Shown: positions 1 to 11,448 of the stretch, piece after piece | Layout of the letters: each line of letters opens with the position of its first letter | Numbering within the stretch: position 1 is the first letter of the stretch | Notes under the pieces: model-generated | What the model was told of the DNA's origin: nothing | Seen by the model: the letters and a program-made list of their open reading frames with translations, nothing else | Databases searched by the model: none | Program-made: the position numbers and the translations under genes | Source: Haplodiscus bocki | Taxonomy: Eukaryota | Direction of reading: 5' to 3' | NCBI GenBank assembly: GCA_965655095.1 | Contig: OZ296653.1 | Coordinates: 5,704,001 to 5,768,000, forward strand | DNA length: 64,000 bases

Positions 1-232
1 TAAATTTATAGTTGCGCTCTGACTGTCTCAAAACGCATGTTTCCATCACTCATCTTGGAACCACCAATTCTATAGAGAGCGCTTGATGACCTAAATTGTA
101 ATGAGGTAGTAGTTGTGATTTTTCATTCATTTTCAGTCATTGTTTTCTGAAACTGAATCATTTCATCAGGCTTTCATCATTTTAAACAAAAAACTCGCGC
201 AATCGACTCGAAGTAAACTCGTTTTCGTAAAA

Positions 233-1523
233 ATGGCCGCCGCTCACGCACAGTCAACAGTTTCTCTTCCAAAATACGGAAGAAGTTGAACGGACAACTG
301 GACCGACTTTGAGTCCTTGTTTAGGAGCATAGTTGATGTCACAGGAATCCATGCAATTCAGAGAGTAGGATTTTTGAAACTTAACTTGAAAGATTCAGCA
401 TTACAGTTTTTTCACACTCTAGATGAAAACACTAGAGCAAACTTAGAGCTGACAATCACAGCTTTGAAGAACCTTTTTTGCAACCCGAATTTGAGGGAAA
501 TTCATCATATCAACTTAGAAAAAATGAATTTTAATCAGAAAATAGAGTCTCCGGAAGAATTTTTGGTAAAACTTCAAAATCTAGCGTTGAAAGCTTACCC
601 AACACGACTAGATCAGCCAGTAGCACCAGCACCATTTGATGATGTACTTGGTGACCAAGACCGATTTCATCGGGAAACCAGAGAAAATGAAAATAGGAGA
701 AATTTCGCTCAAATGGAACGCGAGAGACACATACTCAGATTATTCAAAAAAGCATTGCCGACTTTTATAAGACCTAAACTTTTAGAAGATCCTGAAACTG
801 CCACAATCCAAGAATTGTGCAGAAAAGCCAGGGAAAAACTATTTTTGAGAGAGTTATGTCCAGTAGATGACCGATCTAGAGACGGATTTAATGAAATGAG
901 TACAGACAACTCAGAAGAATTCTTGACTGTCCTAACCAAAATTACAGAAACTCAAAATTCTCTTGATAATAGAATTAACGCCCCGACTGAAAAAATTAGT
1001 CTGCCGCAACAAGGCATATCGGGTCAAAACACAAGCCAACGTTTTAACAACCAACAAAAATGGGGAGGAAATTCAAGAGGACGCTTTAACCAAAATCGTG
1101 GAAACCGAGGATATAATAATAATCAAGGATCAAATAAATTCCAGAATCAAAATCAAGGACGATATGGAAACAGTTTTAGATGAAAAAGGCAGAGGAAGAA
1201 ACAATTATACAAGGAACAATCGAGGCAATTACTCTAACAATGACAACAGAAATAATAACTTTCAACAACATGATAATCAAAATGTGGAAGTGACATTAAA
1301 CACAGGAAATGCTGAAGGACACATTGAGACAACAGCATTTTCAAAAAAAGTTTGCTACTCATGTGGTTATCCTAATCACACAGGGAAGAATTGTGAAATG
1401 AGAGAAAGAAGCAGTCATGAGGTGGACAGATTCCGTTCAACTCGCAGCCAAAAAACTAGTAACGCCACACACGTCCGACAGTCCACAAATTTTAAACCTT
1501 TTAAATTCAATGCACTACACTGA
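233..1523 (+). pseudogene. gag: gag (capsid + N/R/G-rich linker + CCHC zinc knuckle)
   Basis: ATG 233 is in frame with ORF 317-1183 through one TGA (MAAAHAQSTVSLPKYGRS*TDNWTDFESLF). Capsid-like 'QKIESPEEFLVKLQNLALKAYP'. After a frameshift, CYSCGYPNHTGKNC = CX2CX4HX4C. Confidence 0.9.
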
Positions 1524-1699
1524 AAATCATAATCTAAATGTTTTATCACCAGAATTAAATTTAGTGAATCAAAATCAGTCTGAAGGAAACCTAAACAATG
1601 AAACCCCCCAAACTCTGCCTCCTACGTATTTCGAAATGAACGCAGTCATTCCACTTGAAGGAGAAACTTTGATGTATTTCCCAATTCCCATTAAAATTT

Positions 1700-2030
1700 G
1701 AGAATGACGTTAAAAGAAAAGCATTAATTAACACAGGAGCGTGTGCTAACGCCATGCCCTCGGATTATTACGAAAAACTAAGAGAAGCATTCCCAAACTC
1801 CCTCTCGGATTTGAAGCAAGCTTCCTTCTTGAATGTCAGTAGCATCAGGGCGCAATGTGAGAGTGCTAGGGCAAATTGACGTTCAATTCAGTATAAATGT
1901 GCATAAATTTGACACGTTCCTAATCCTCCCTTCAATGAACAGTGTTGTCTTAGGCAACCCATTTTTTCGCAAATACAGTATTGAAATTAGCCCAGGAGAC
2001 AACATACTTAAACTGCCAGAAATGACATAT
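1700..2030 (+). pseudogene. retropepsin-like aspartic protease (catalytic D mutated to N)
   Basis: 'KRKALINTGACANAMPS' near 1712-1762 (DTG changed to NTG), then 'VASGRNVRVLG' and 'SVVLGNPFF' (the ILGxDF-equivalent motif). Confidence 0.85.
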
Positions 2031-2489
2031 GAATTGAATGAAATAAAAACAGCTAGTGAAGGACGCAAAATGGTTCCTAATCGACGTTACCCAGTTGTGA
2101 TGAGCCAAAAAGTCATTATCAAACCTCAGCATCAAGAAGTTTTACAGACAAAAGTAGATTTTAGGAAAAATCTTGAAGGACATACTGGAATGATAATCCC
2201 AGATGAAGATCTCGATAATAGTACTGAATTGAGACTCTCATCGTATGTTGCCACAGTTGTAAAAGACAATATAGTTTCGATTTTAGTGATAAACTTGAAC
2301 GACCATGCTGTAACATTTACAAAAACCAAACAAGTAGCAGTTTTCCAATTTCTCTCTCCACAAGAAGAAGAGGATTTAATTGAAATCAGTCCAGACATTC
2401 TGGCAGTTGAGAAAATGAAACATGGAGAAATTTTCAGAGATTAATCAGCTTATGAGAGTGGCAAAAACAAGTTGAGGCCGACAACCGAA

Positions 2490-4150
2490 ACGCCCTCCTC
2501 CTGAATATGACAAAATTTGGTTTCCCACACCAGAAACATGTCGAAATCTTGACAACCGACATTCCTTACAGAGAAAAATGTTCGATAACATAGCTGACTT
2601 GCAAAAAAGTACTCTTTTAGGTCCGCAAAATAACGAACAGGACAAGAAAACATTTTTAGCACAATTTGATTGGTCATGTTCAGCCTTGAACCAAGATCAA
2701 ATTTCTGAAATACAGCAACTTTTAGTTATTACTATGATATTTTTGCCAAACATAGATTTGATGTTGGATATAATACGGAATTGAAAGTTAAGCTGACACC
2801 AGCGGATGATTTACCAGTTTACGTACAAAGTCCACCCTCCCCAATCCACTTGAGAGATGAAATCTTAGTTGAATTAGCCCTTATGCAATATTATGGCATT
2901 GTCACACTTTTATCAAATTCTAAATATAGCAGTCCAATATTTGCACAACGCAAGCCGTCAAGGAAACTGAGAATATTAATCGTTTTGAGGCGTGTTAATC
3001 ACCTGCTTCGAAGTGATTACAGCGATAACATTTTCCCGTTTTCCAATATGACAGATGCCGTTCATCATTTTGCAGCAAAGACCATGTTTACCAAGTTAGA
3101 TTGTTCACAAGCTTATCACTGTGTACAAATGGCTGACCCCTTATCAGTCCAACTCTTACCATTCAACTTTGCCTCAAGAACATACGCCTACACAAGATTA
3201 GTTCAAGGATTAAACAAATCAGTGACAGGATTTAGCTCATTTGTCAGATCTTATCTTGATTCTTGCCTCGCGGCTAACTTTTGTACACAATTCATGGATG
3301 ATATCGGATGTGGAGTGGAGACATTTGAACAAATGGTACCCACACTTAGACAAATATTTGATGGTTTGCGCAAATCAGGACTTAGATTGACACCTCATGA
3401 ATGTGAATTTGGCATGACCTCGATAAACTTTCTTGGCAACACGATCACTCCGAAAAGACTTAAACCGGAAACTGACGAAGAGAAATTTTTGAAAACAATG
3501 AAATTGCCTGCAACAGTTATTTAAGTGAAAAGATTAATCGGTTTTGTCTTGTTTTTTTTTCGCACATTTTCACCAAACTTAGCTCAAAAATTGATGCCTC
3601 GGTATAAATTACTTCGGAAAGATGCTGATTTTTCCCCGAGTCATGATCATTCAAAAAGTTTTGAAACAATCAAGAAAGATCTTTTACAAGCAACCACTCT
3701 TAGAGTAGCAAAGCCTGGACAACAATATGTAATCCTAAGTGATGCAAGTTTTTACAATAGTGGACTTGTTCTCATGATAGAGGACTACCTAGAACACAAA
3801 GACGGTACGAAAAAACACGCATATGCACCAGTGTCTTTTGGCTCTCAACTTTTCAATACGAGTCAATTGAAAATGTCCACGTACTGTAAAGAGTTTTAAG
3901 CTTTTTAGTTTGCCTTAGAATATTTTTCTCATTTCATCCGGGGTACAGGAAAACCTGTAAATATTTTGACGGATAACAAGAGTCTCACTAGTTTTTTGCA
4001 GTCAAAATCACTTCATCCATCGTTATGGAATTTCATGGTTAGAGTGATAGCTTACATTATCGTTTTAGCTCATATACCTGGCCGAGCGAATGCAGCGGCA
4101 GATTTTTTGTCGCGAATGCAAACTGATCCATGTCAAAGCTTAGAACCCTA
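2490..4150 (+). pseudogene. pol: reverse transcriptase and RNase H of pol
   Basis: RT motifs: SKYSSPIFAQRKP, KLRIL..LRRVN, FTKLDCSQAYH, RLVQGLNKS, QFMDD, INFLG. RNase H motifs: YVILSDAS, TDNKSL, HIPGRANAAADFLSR. Several stops and frameshifts. Confidence 0.95.
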
Positions 4151-4427
4151 GTTGCTAGACTCCATTCCAATGAAACAAATTGATATAGATATGAAAACCA
4201 AAAGACCGGATGCATCTATACTACCCCTAGAATCGAGTAGCATCTTAAATGAAACAAAACCGCCTATACCACCGGATTTAATGGCACAGTTGCAAGCAAA
4301 TGAAGTGTTACAGATTTGAATTCCTAACCTAAACGAAATTCTAGCGTCTGCTTCACACAGAGAAACGATTGAACTTTTTGCTCCAAAAAGAGCGCCCGAA
4401 ATTCATTCAATTCAAGCAATCGACCCG

Positions 4428-5776
4428 ATGAAAATTTTCGATTCGTCAAATGCGAACACGCAAGTGATAGACGTTCATACAGAGCAGAAAAAAGATCCAG
4501 TCTTGCGTGAAGTTGTGACTTGGATTCGAAAAGGATGCACAGATGATATTACTTATGCTTCACTTGTATTAAAAAAATATCATAAGCACCTTTCGCGTTT
4601 GCACTTACAAAAAGGCATCGTAACTCGTCAATGTTTTAATGATGTTGGAAAAATTTCGCATTATCAAGTGTGCATTCCAAAACATTTGCGACAAGAATTA
4701 ATCTATAGAATTCAAAACTCACCGACCGGTGGTCATATCGGAATCGTCAGAACTGCCCAAGAGTGCCGTAAAAGATTTCCCGGTATTCACTGAATTCCTC
4801 ACGGATTACATCAAAAATTGTCTCTCATGTTCGACACTGAAACGAGTTAACAAAAAGCAATTGAACCCTCCTTTGCAACCAATCTCATCGGAACAACTTT
4901 TCCGGCAGATATGATGCAAATTGACCTGGTTGGTCCTTTCAAATCACCCATTTACAAATTTTCTCTTTCTGGCATTGATGTATTTTCAAAATATCTCTTG
5001 GCAGTTCCGCTAACATCGGCACATGCTGGAATCGTAGCAAAAGCATTAGTTTCATTATTTTTTCAACATAGCTACATTCCTACAACAATTCTGTTTGACT
5101 TGGGAACAAGCTTCTTAGCAAAATTGCAACACGAACTCACTGATTGACTTGAAATTCAGTTACAACACGCTTTTTTGAAGCATCTACAAATTATTGCAGT
5201 AGTTGAACGATCACATTCGGCATTGAAACGCATTATTAAACTTAATACGGATCAAAGTTGGAACACATGGTATAGGTATGTTGACCTAGCCACATTCATC
5301 CATAGTTCTTCTTACCATTACTCAATCGGATGTACACGTAGCTCATTATTTCATGGCAGGGAGCCTATCAAACCAATAGACCTGAGATTTCGGAGCCATG
5401 TACTAGCGAAAAAACAGCTAGCATCAGATTACCTGGTGGACTTGCAAGATTAACTTCTGGAACAGTTTTCACACATGAAATCTAGATTATTGGATGCCTT
5501 TCACAAATACCGTACCTGATACGATAAAAAGCAGCAGCCAAACCGTTGGCAAACCAGTATTGCTTACTGTTGAACCTTTCTTTGCTCACGCAAAGTAACT
5601 TTGCTGCAAAATCCGCAACGATTTGGCTTTCACTGTACAAAGTTGAAAAAGTTCTGACAAAATCTAACTACCTGATACGGAAAGTCGGTACTCCCTATAC
5701 CCAATGTGTTCATCGCATTAGGCTGAGACCAATAAAACCTAATTATGACATTGATGACATTTCTCTCAACGGATGA
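4428..5776 (+). pseudogene. integrase (HHCC zinc finger, DDE core, C-terminal domain)
   Basis: (H>Q)NSPTGGHIG...YIKNCLSC; IDLVGP, GIDVFSKY, LFDLGTSF, VERSH; C-terminal 'YKVEKVLTKSNYLI...VHRIRLRP'. Confidence 0.93.
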
Positions 5777-6559
5777 TTTTCGACCCGATACCAGCTGAGG
5801 AAAACATCGTTCCGAACATGAAATTCCGCCCTAGAGCAATCTTTTGAGGATACTTCTTCTTATCAAATTCCTGCTACGTCGCAAAAAAATTGACGATGAA
5901 GTACAACACACAATACGAGGTGCGATAGCTGGAGCACCAGTGCACGCTGCTGCTCCACCGGTTATTCATGGGGCAGGCGATGCCCCCCAGTCCCACCACC
6001 ACCCGCACCTGAGCCGGACCTGGACAACCTAACCTATCCTCAACCTAACCTAGTCGTGGACCGGCCTCAGGTACACACCGACAGTCCCCAGTCAGGTGTG
6101 CTAGCTCACGAAACCGCAGACGGTTACCTCGACGAAAACGTTCCTACATCTTGGGTTCATTTTCAGAGGACAGGAACACGATCTAGGGTTCCTACAAAAA
6201 GTCCAGTGCCCAAACTGAATGCTGAATCGCAGCCCTCTCGTATTCGATTTGACAGTTATGATCATTTTAGACAGGTCCCTAACCGAAAACAGTTGACAGA
6301 CGGTGGTTATTATGCTTATTTAGCTCAGCATATGGAAACACCGCCTACAAGAAATGAAAAGCACGAACACTTAAAGTCGATCGCACCGTCGACTCGACAA
6401 CAATTAGCGCAATCCAAATTTCCAGTGCCACAAGGTGGCCGATCACCCGCAAAAGCGATTTTGAAGCACTGTTATCCCGACCGATCCAATCGAGGACAAC
6501 CTGCCCCTTCTAATGACATTTATTCAGCGCAATTTCGAATCAATATGTATGATAAACCT

Positions 6560-7020
6560 TTTACTGAAAACATTGAGTTGACGTCTAACATTACAATTTC
6601 TGAATGTGATATTTTTAGTGACACAAAAGCAATTTTCGCTCACTCCGTTTCATCTGACCTAGCAATGTCAGCCGGGATTGCGATGCAATTTCTTCGTATC
6701 TTCCCCGACTTATCCGAATTACGCAAAACTCACGCCAATTTACCTCCAGGTTCACTGATAGCACAATTTAATGAATCAGGTAATAACTGGATATACAACT
6801 CAATAACAAAACGACCTTTTTCAGACAAACCGACTTGTTCTGACTTACACAAATGCCTTTGTCGCATGAAAAGTCACATGTTACACAATAACATTAAGGA
6901 AGTTCGCTTACCTCAAATTGGATGTGGTATTGACAAATTGGAGTGAAAAATAGTTTTGATGAATTGGGTAACAATTTTTGAAAGCACAACTGTTCCTGTT
7001 GAAATTTTCTTACTGAGAGA
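6560..7020 (+). pseudogene. Poa1p/TARG1(OARD1)-like macrodomain at the pol C-terminus
   Basis: 'DIF...AHSVSSDLAMSAGIAMQF', 'IYNSITK', 'KPT', 'LPQIGCGIDKLE*KIV' (TGA 6944-6946 at the conserved W). These match the TARG1-type motifs GDLF/AHCISxDxxMGAGIA/LITK/PRIGCGLDxLxW. Confidence 0.9.
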
Positions 7021-7385
7021 TTCAAATTCCAATAGTTCGGAAAATATATTGATTGCAGAGGAATATTCCTCGGATGAGGAAACGCAACGACATGTTCGAG
7101 AAATGAGTAAATTTCGGAATTTAGCTCTGAAATGTATGCTTAAATGCCCTCCCACGAATGACCGCAACATCCGTGACACACCACACTGAGAACTGCCACA
7201 AACGATAACCTATTTGTCAATTAGTCTTATCAGAACTTTGGCGACGTTCAGCCTGACCGATCTGATTAGAGTGTTTACCTTAAGTTGAAGTCCCATGTGA
7301 TTTCTTATCAGTCAACACTTCAACATTGAACTTTCTACAATTTATACATCATTTGGAATCAAATAAAATACAAGCAACGACGAAA

Positions 7386-7691
7386 ATGAATAACCTCTTT
7401 TGGGGCTATCAGCACCGTACTTTAACGTGCGAGATATTCCAAAATATTACGATTAGAAGAATTGAACATCGCAGACTGACTCCACCATGTCTTCGACTTT
7501 TTACACAGCGTTGGCACCACCAAATGCTGGTGTTTGATGAATTTAATGTCTTACCGCATACATTTGAATGGAGTGCATTGATTGACTCCACCAGGCAATA
7601 TGCTGATACGGAACACCTGGAAGATTTTGCTGACTGGCTTATCACAGTCGAGCAGCCTCTAGGGCGCACATTATTCTTCATGGTCTTGTAA
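7386..7691 (+). CDS. accessory small protein A (unknown Trp-rich family, paralogue of B and C)
   Basis: Intact 101-codon ORF from ATG 7386. Shares the M-x2-L-x-W...C(D/E)...W...P...W-x2-L...W pattern with the ORFs at 7818 and 8523. Confidence 0.7.
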   Translation: MNNLFWGYQHRTLTCEIFQNITIRRIEHRRLTPPCLRLFTQRWHHQMLVFDEFNVLPHTFEWSALIDSTRQYADTEHLEDFADWLITVEQPLGRTLFFMVL

Positions 7692-7817
7692 CATGACACC
7701 TGATATCGCTTAATTATTTTGGATCAATCATCATTTATCTTATCAGCCTCTATAGAAACACAGAATTTCCACTTCTATCATGAGTCCTAAATCAGTATTT
7801 CAACGTTAGCTATCACC

Positions 7818-8096
7818 ATGAGTCGTTTATTTTGGAAAATTCCCATCACTGGATACATATGTGATATTCATGGCGTTCCTGTGGTCTGGAGAGTGACCCT
7901 TCATGCATCACCCCGAGTGGACTTCACAATCCGTTATTGGAATCAGGGAGCACTCATATACGAAGATTTTACAATCTTCCCGGAATCACCGGAATAGAGC
8001 ACGCTCATGAGTGCCGCTGATCCCCATGCTCATGACTTCAACTTGGCTGAAGATCTCATTCACTGGATGGCCAGACAATTTCGAAGCAATTTATGA
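7818..8096 (+). pseudogene. accessory small protein B (one in-frame TAG; absent from the ORF track)
   Basis: Manual translation: MSRLFWKIPITGYICDIHGVPVVWRVTLHASPRVDFTIRYWNQGALIYEDFTIFPESPE*STLMSAADPHAHDFNLAEDLIHWMARQFRSNL. The TAG at 7995-7997 aligns with a Trp in A and C. Confidence 0.7.
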
Positions 8097-8522
8097 ATTC
8101 AGATCATGACATCACTCAAGGTCATGACATCACAACTTCGATTACTCTTAGACAGAACTATCATTTCCTGAATATTTATTTTTTACTTATTTTTGTATTG
8201 GTACCTTGAACAGAAAAACAAAGAAAGGAAAAAAACAAAAACCAAAACACAAAATCGAAAGAAATAAAAAAAACAACAGCACTTATTTCATTGAATCACG
8301 GTTCACGGTATTTGAGTTTCCAAACTCCCAGTTAGGAATTGTATGTTGTTAATTCATTCGGACAAAAAAATTTTTCTTTGGCATCAGTTTTGCTTGATGA
8401 AAGACAAACAATATAATTTGCAGTTAGGCTTTCTTGAGCATATGAGAATGCTTGACAGGCCTCGTCATTGTTGCATTCTCCCGACTGTATACTAATGTGT
8501 TCCGGAAGTTTCAGTTTTGAAA

Positions 8523-8837
8523 ATGCACCATTTAAATTGGCTTCATTCTCACGAATACTACGTTTGTGATGTACTTGGAAGAGTTCAACTAGTCGGTATT
8601 GGCGGCGAATTTGGCTACCCCCCACTGATTTTGACATTCCGCCGATGGAATAATGGCCACTTGCTGTATTGGCACGACACTATATTCCCTAACACTCCAG
8701 CTTGGAATGAGTTGATCGCATGGGCAGCCCGTAATGCGGAAACAACCAGCCAGCACTCACTTATCGACTGGCTAATTCACCTTGACGTCTTTGCCATCCA
8801 ATCCATGGCTTGGTATAATCAGCGCGAGTTATTGTAA
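8523..8837 (+). CDS. accessory small protein C (paralogue of A and B)
   Basis: Intact 104-codon ORF MHHLNW...VCDV...RRWNNGHLLY..TIFPNTPAWNELI...LIDWL, alignable to A and B over ~90 aa. Confidence 0.72.
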   Translation: MHHLNWLHSHEYYVCDVLGRVQLVGIGGEFGYPPLILTFRRWNNGHLLYWHDTIFPNTPAWNELIAWAARNAETTSQHSLIDWLIHLDVFAIQSMAWYNQRELL

Positions 8838-10114
8838 TAAAACTTCACATCGTAACTCGACGTTCTAATTAATTCTACTAGTATGAATTTTCATTTCACA
8901 ATTTACCGAAATTGACCTTCATTTTTCTTGTTTCTCTTACATAGCACGAGACGCTCCAGTGAATTTAATTGAGTTTGCTTTTCGGTTGCAAAAAAAAGTC
9001 ACTAGAGCCTACAGCAGGTCCGTTGCTGCTTTTCATTTTCCCTTTTACTGATGTTAATTTCACTTACGATATTCCGAGAAAGCCCCACAGTTTCTACGCA
9101 GCAACTTGATGTCAGAAAAAAAAACAAATTTGACACTGATAGAATTGTCAGATGGTAACCACAACTCTCTGAATAATTGCAGACGGACGTTTTCAGCTCT
9201 TTGGCCTGGTATAGCCTGGACAAACTAGACCATCAAATTTGATGCTTTAATTCATTTTAATTTCAATGACCATATCTTTTTCTTTTTCTCAATATTGTGA
9301 TCGAAAATGCGAAATCCGCCAAGATACGATTCTTCACCCCACTGTTGGCCTTCTTTTGAAGCACCTTTTTTTGCCTAATATTCGTCATAAAAAACGGGGC
9401 CATTTTGTCCTCAGATAACTCAGCGCCGAATGGTCTTTTTTACCGTTTTTTTTTTGGAAAACACAACCATTTTATTTTTTTTTCAACTTTTTGGCAGAAA
9501 TTCCAAAATCCACCACCATTTTTAGTTGCAAGGTCTTATATGTCGAATAAGGTCTACGTATGGAAGCTGGAGGCCCTGTGCTGCAAGGGGCACCACTTAG
9601 CAGTTTGGTGCCGCAGTTTGCTCGGGACCTCCACATGTGTGGATGCATAGTTATTACTCACCTTGAGGCTCCCGCATCTCGAAAGATAGCGCATTCTGCA
9701 AACTGTTTTTGCGCTATCCCGCTTTTCGGTCATGTGTTTTTCCAATCAGTGCACATAGAAATGATTCCATGAATTGATAACAATCTAGTATCAATTACCA
9801 TGATGAGATGATTTTACCTTTATTTTTTCTCTTTCGATTTCACAGAAGACAACCAACGGCCTAATCGGTCTATAAAAACTTTACTGTATGCAAATGCCAA
9901 GTACCCTTCAATTTATGTCTGTTTAAAGAACAGTCTAACCTTCTTTTTCAACCCTTCTCCGCTCGACTCATTTGCAACAGCGCCCAATATTCAGCATTCG
10001 TCTTTTTTTTCTTTGATACTAAATAGTTTTTTTTTGTGGTGGCTCCTCCGGAAGGGGCTTTGAATCAAACTGTAAACATTCTAATTGCTCGAATAATGCT
10101 GTCTTCTTTATCTT

Positions 10115-10890
10115 TCACTCGTCCAACTTGCCTAGTACTGCCTGATCGGAAACCTTTTTCGACAAAACACTGCGTCTCTCCCGTTGTAGATCGGTCGCAT
10201 AATAATTTAAAACATGCGCTCTCCTTCGTACATCATGCTGCATATAGCCCTCAAAGCCCACCAGCGGAGCCGGTCCCTTTCCCACAGTCAGTACGGTGTG
10301 AGCGCACAGTGCTGGGTGTATCATCAAGGATCTGGGTTGTGTTATAAAAAAACTTGACACTATCCCTCCACTGTTTTGGCGTTGGCTTTGTTAAGAGATT
10401 CACAAGCGACTTCACAGAGGTTAGCAGTTCCTCCAGCCGCCTAGAGGGACTTCCACGTTTGGATATCAACATTATCTTTTTTCCCACGGGTACATAGGTG
10501 ATGCTATCCTCTCCGCCAGTTTCAACATGGCCTGAGGTAAACCACGGACCAAATGACATTATTCCGTCCATTTTTGTAATTGTGAGACTCCCAGGGCACT
10601 GCATATCCTTTAGATTGTCCAAGTTAAAAGAGACAGCAGTTGAGAACTTCGTAAATTCTTTGTCATAACTTTTTATAGGCCCCTAAATTTGCGTTTTAGG
10701 AATCAAGATTTCTTTCTTCATATGAAGTAGCCACACCAACCTTGTTTTAGGGGTTGTTAGCCTCTTTACAAAACTCGTGATTGATTTTAAATAAGGATTG
10801 GTTTGTGATCACCAACGGCTCCGTTGCCCACTCTCCAGAAGACACAGAAGCCAACCCACAGCGCTCCATTTGGATTCTACTTCTTTCCAT
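10115..10890 (-). pseudogene. JmjC-like Fe(II)/2-oxoglutarate oxygenase, antisense within the retroelement
   Basis: ORFs 10251-10622 and 10115-10360 join by removing one base from the A7 run at 10346-10352. This gives T-x2-H-V-E-T-G-G...G-K-K-I-M-L-I followed by ITQPRSLMIHPALCAHTVLT. A degenerate N-terminus runs to ATG 10890 ('EPLVITN'). Confidence 0.78.
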
Positions 10891-11448
10891 GTTTTAAAGT
10901 GGTCCCGTGAATCTCAGGTACGGGCCTCCACCCCAACTCCGTGAATTTTGTTCACTTAGCAATGCTTCAACTGATTTATGCCCAAATGGGTTTCACTACG
11001 CGTTTCCATTCCTATAACAAAACGCTCCAGGTAAATACTTACCTCATTAACTCCTCATCCTATTACAGCGTTTCTGATCACTTTTCAGTTTGCTCCTTTT
11101 TTTAGTTGTTTGCGTTCACGGGTTTTTCTCTTTAACACAGAAGTTCTTTAAACAATCAAATGACCGTCGTGCACTCACCAGGTTATTATTCGCGTCAGTA
11201 TCTTTCCCCCGTTGATTTCCTGACTCGTCAATTCACTCTGAAAATACTTGTTCGTTCTGCGTTTTTTTTTGGGCTCATGATCTTCCTTCACTTGTATGCC
11301 AACCACTTATTTACTCAAACACTAAATTACTCTAAACTACAGTACAAATAACTAGTTGACAAAAAAACAAAGTAACACTGCAAAGTTACCAGAACTATCA
11401 CTTTCATCTGCTAAATGGTCTGCGGTAATCAAAGCTGCCTATTCTGTT

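Noticed and set aside
1-232. 5' LTR or primer-binding site
   Set aside because: No match to the sequence after 14786 and no convincing TGG-initiated PBS; treated as probable 5' leader.
8332-8637. Minus-strand 101-aa ORF overlapping accessory ORF C
   Set aside because: No motif, and the plus-strand frame is the one supported by paralogy.
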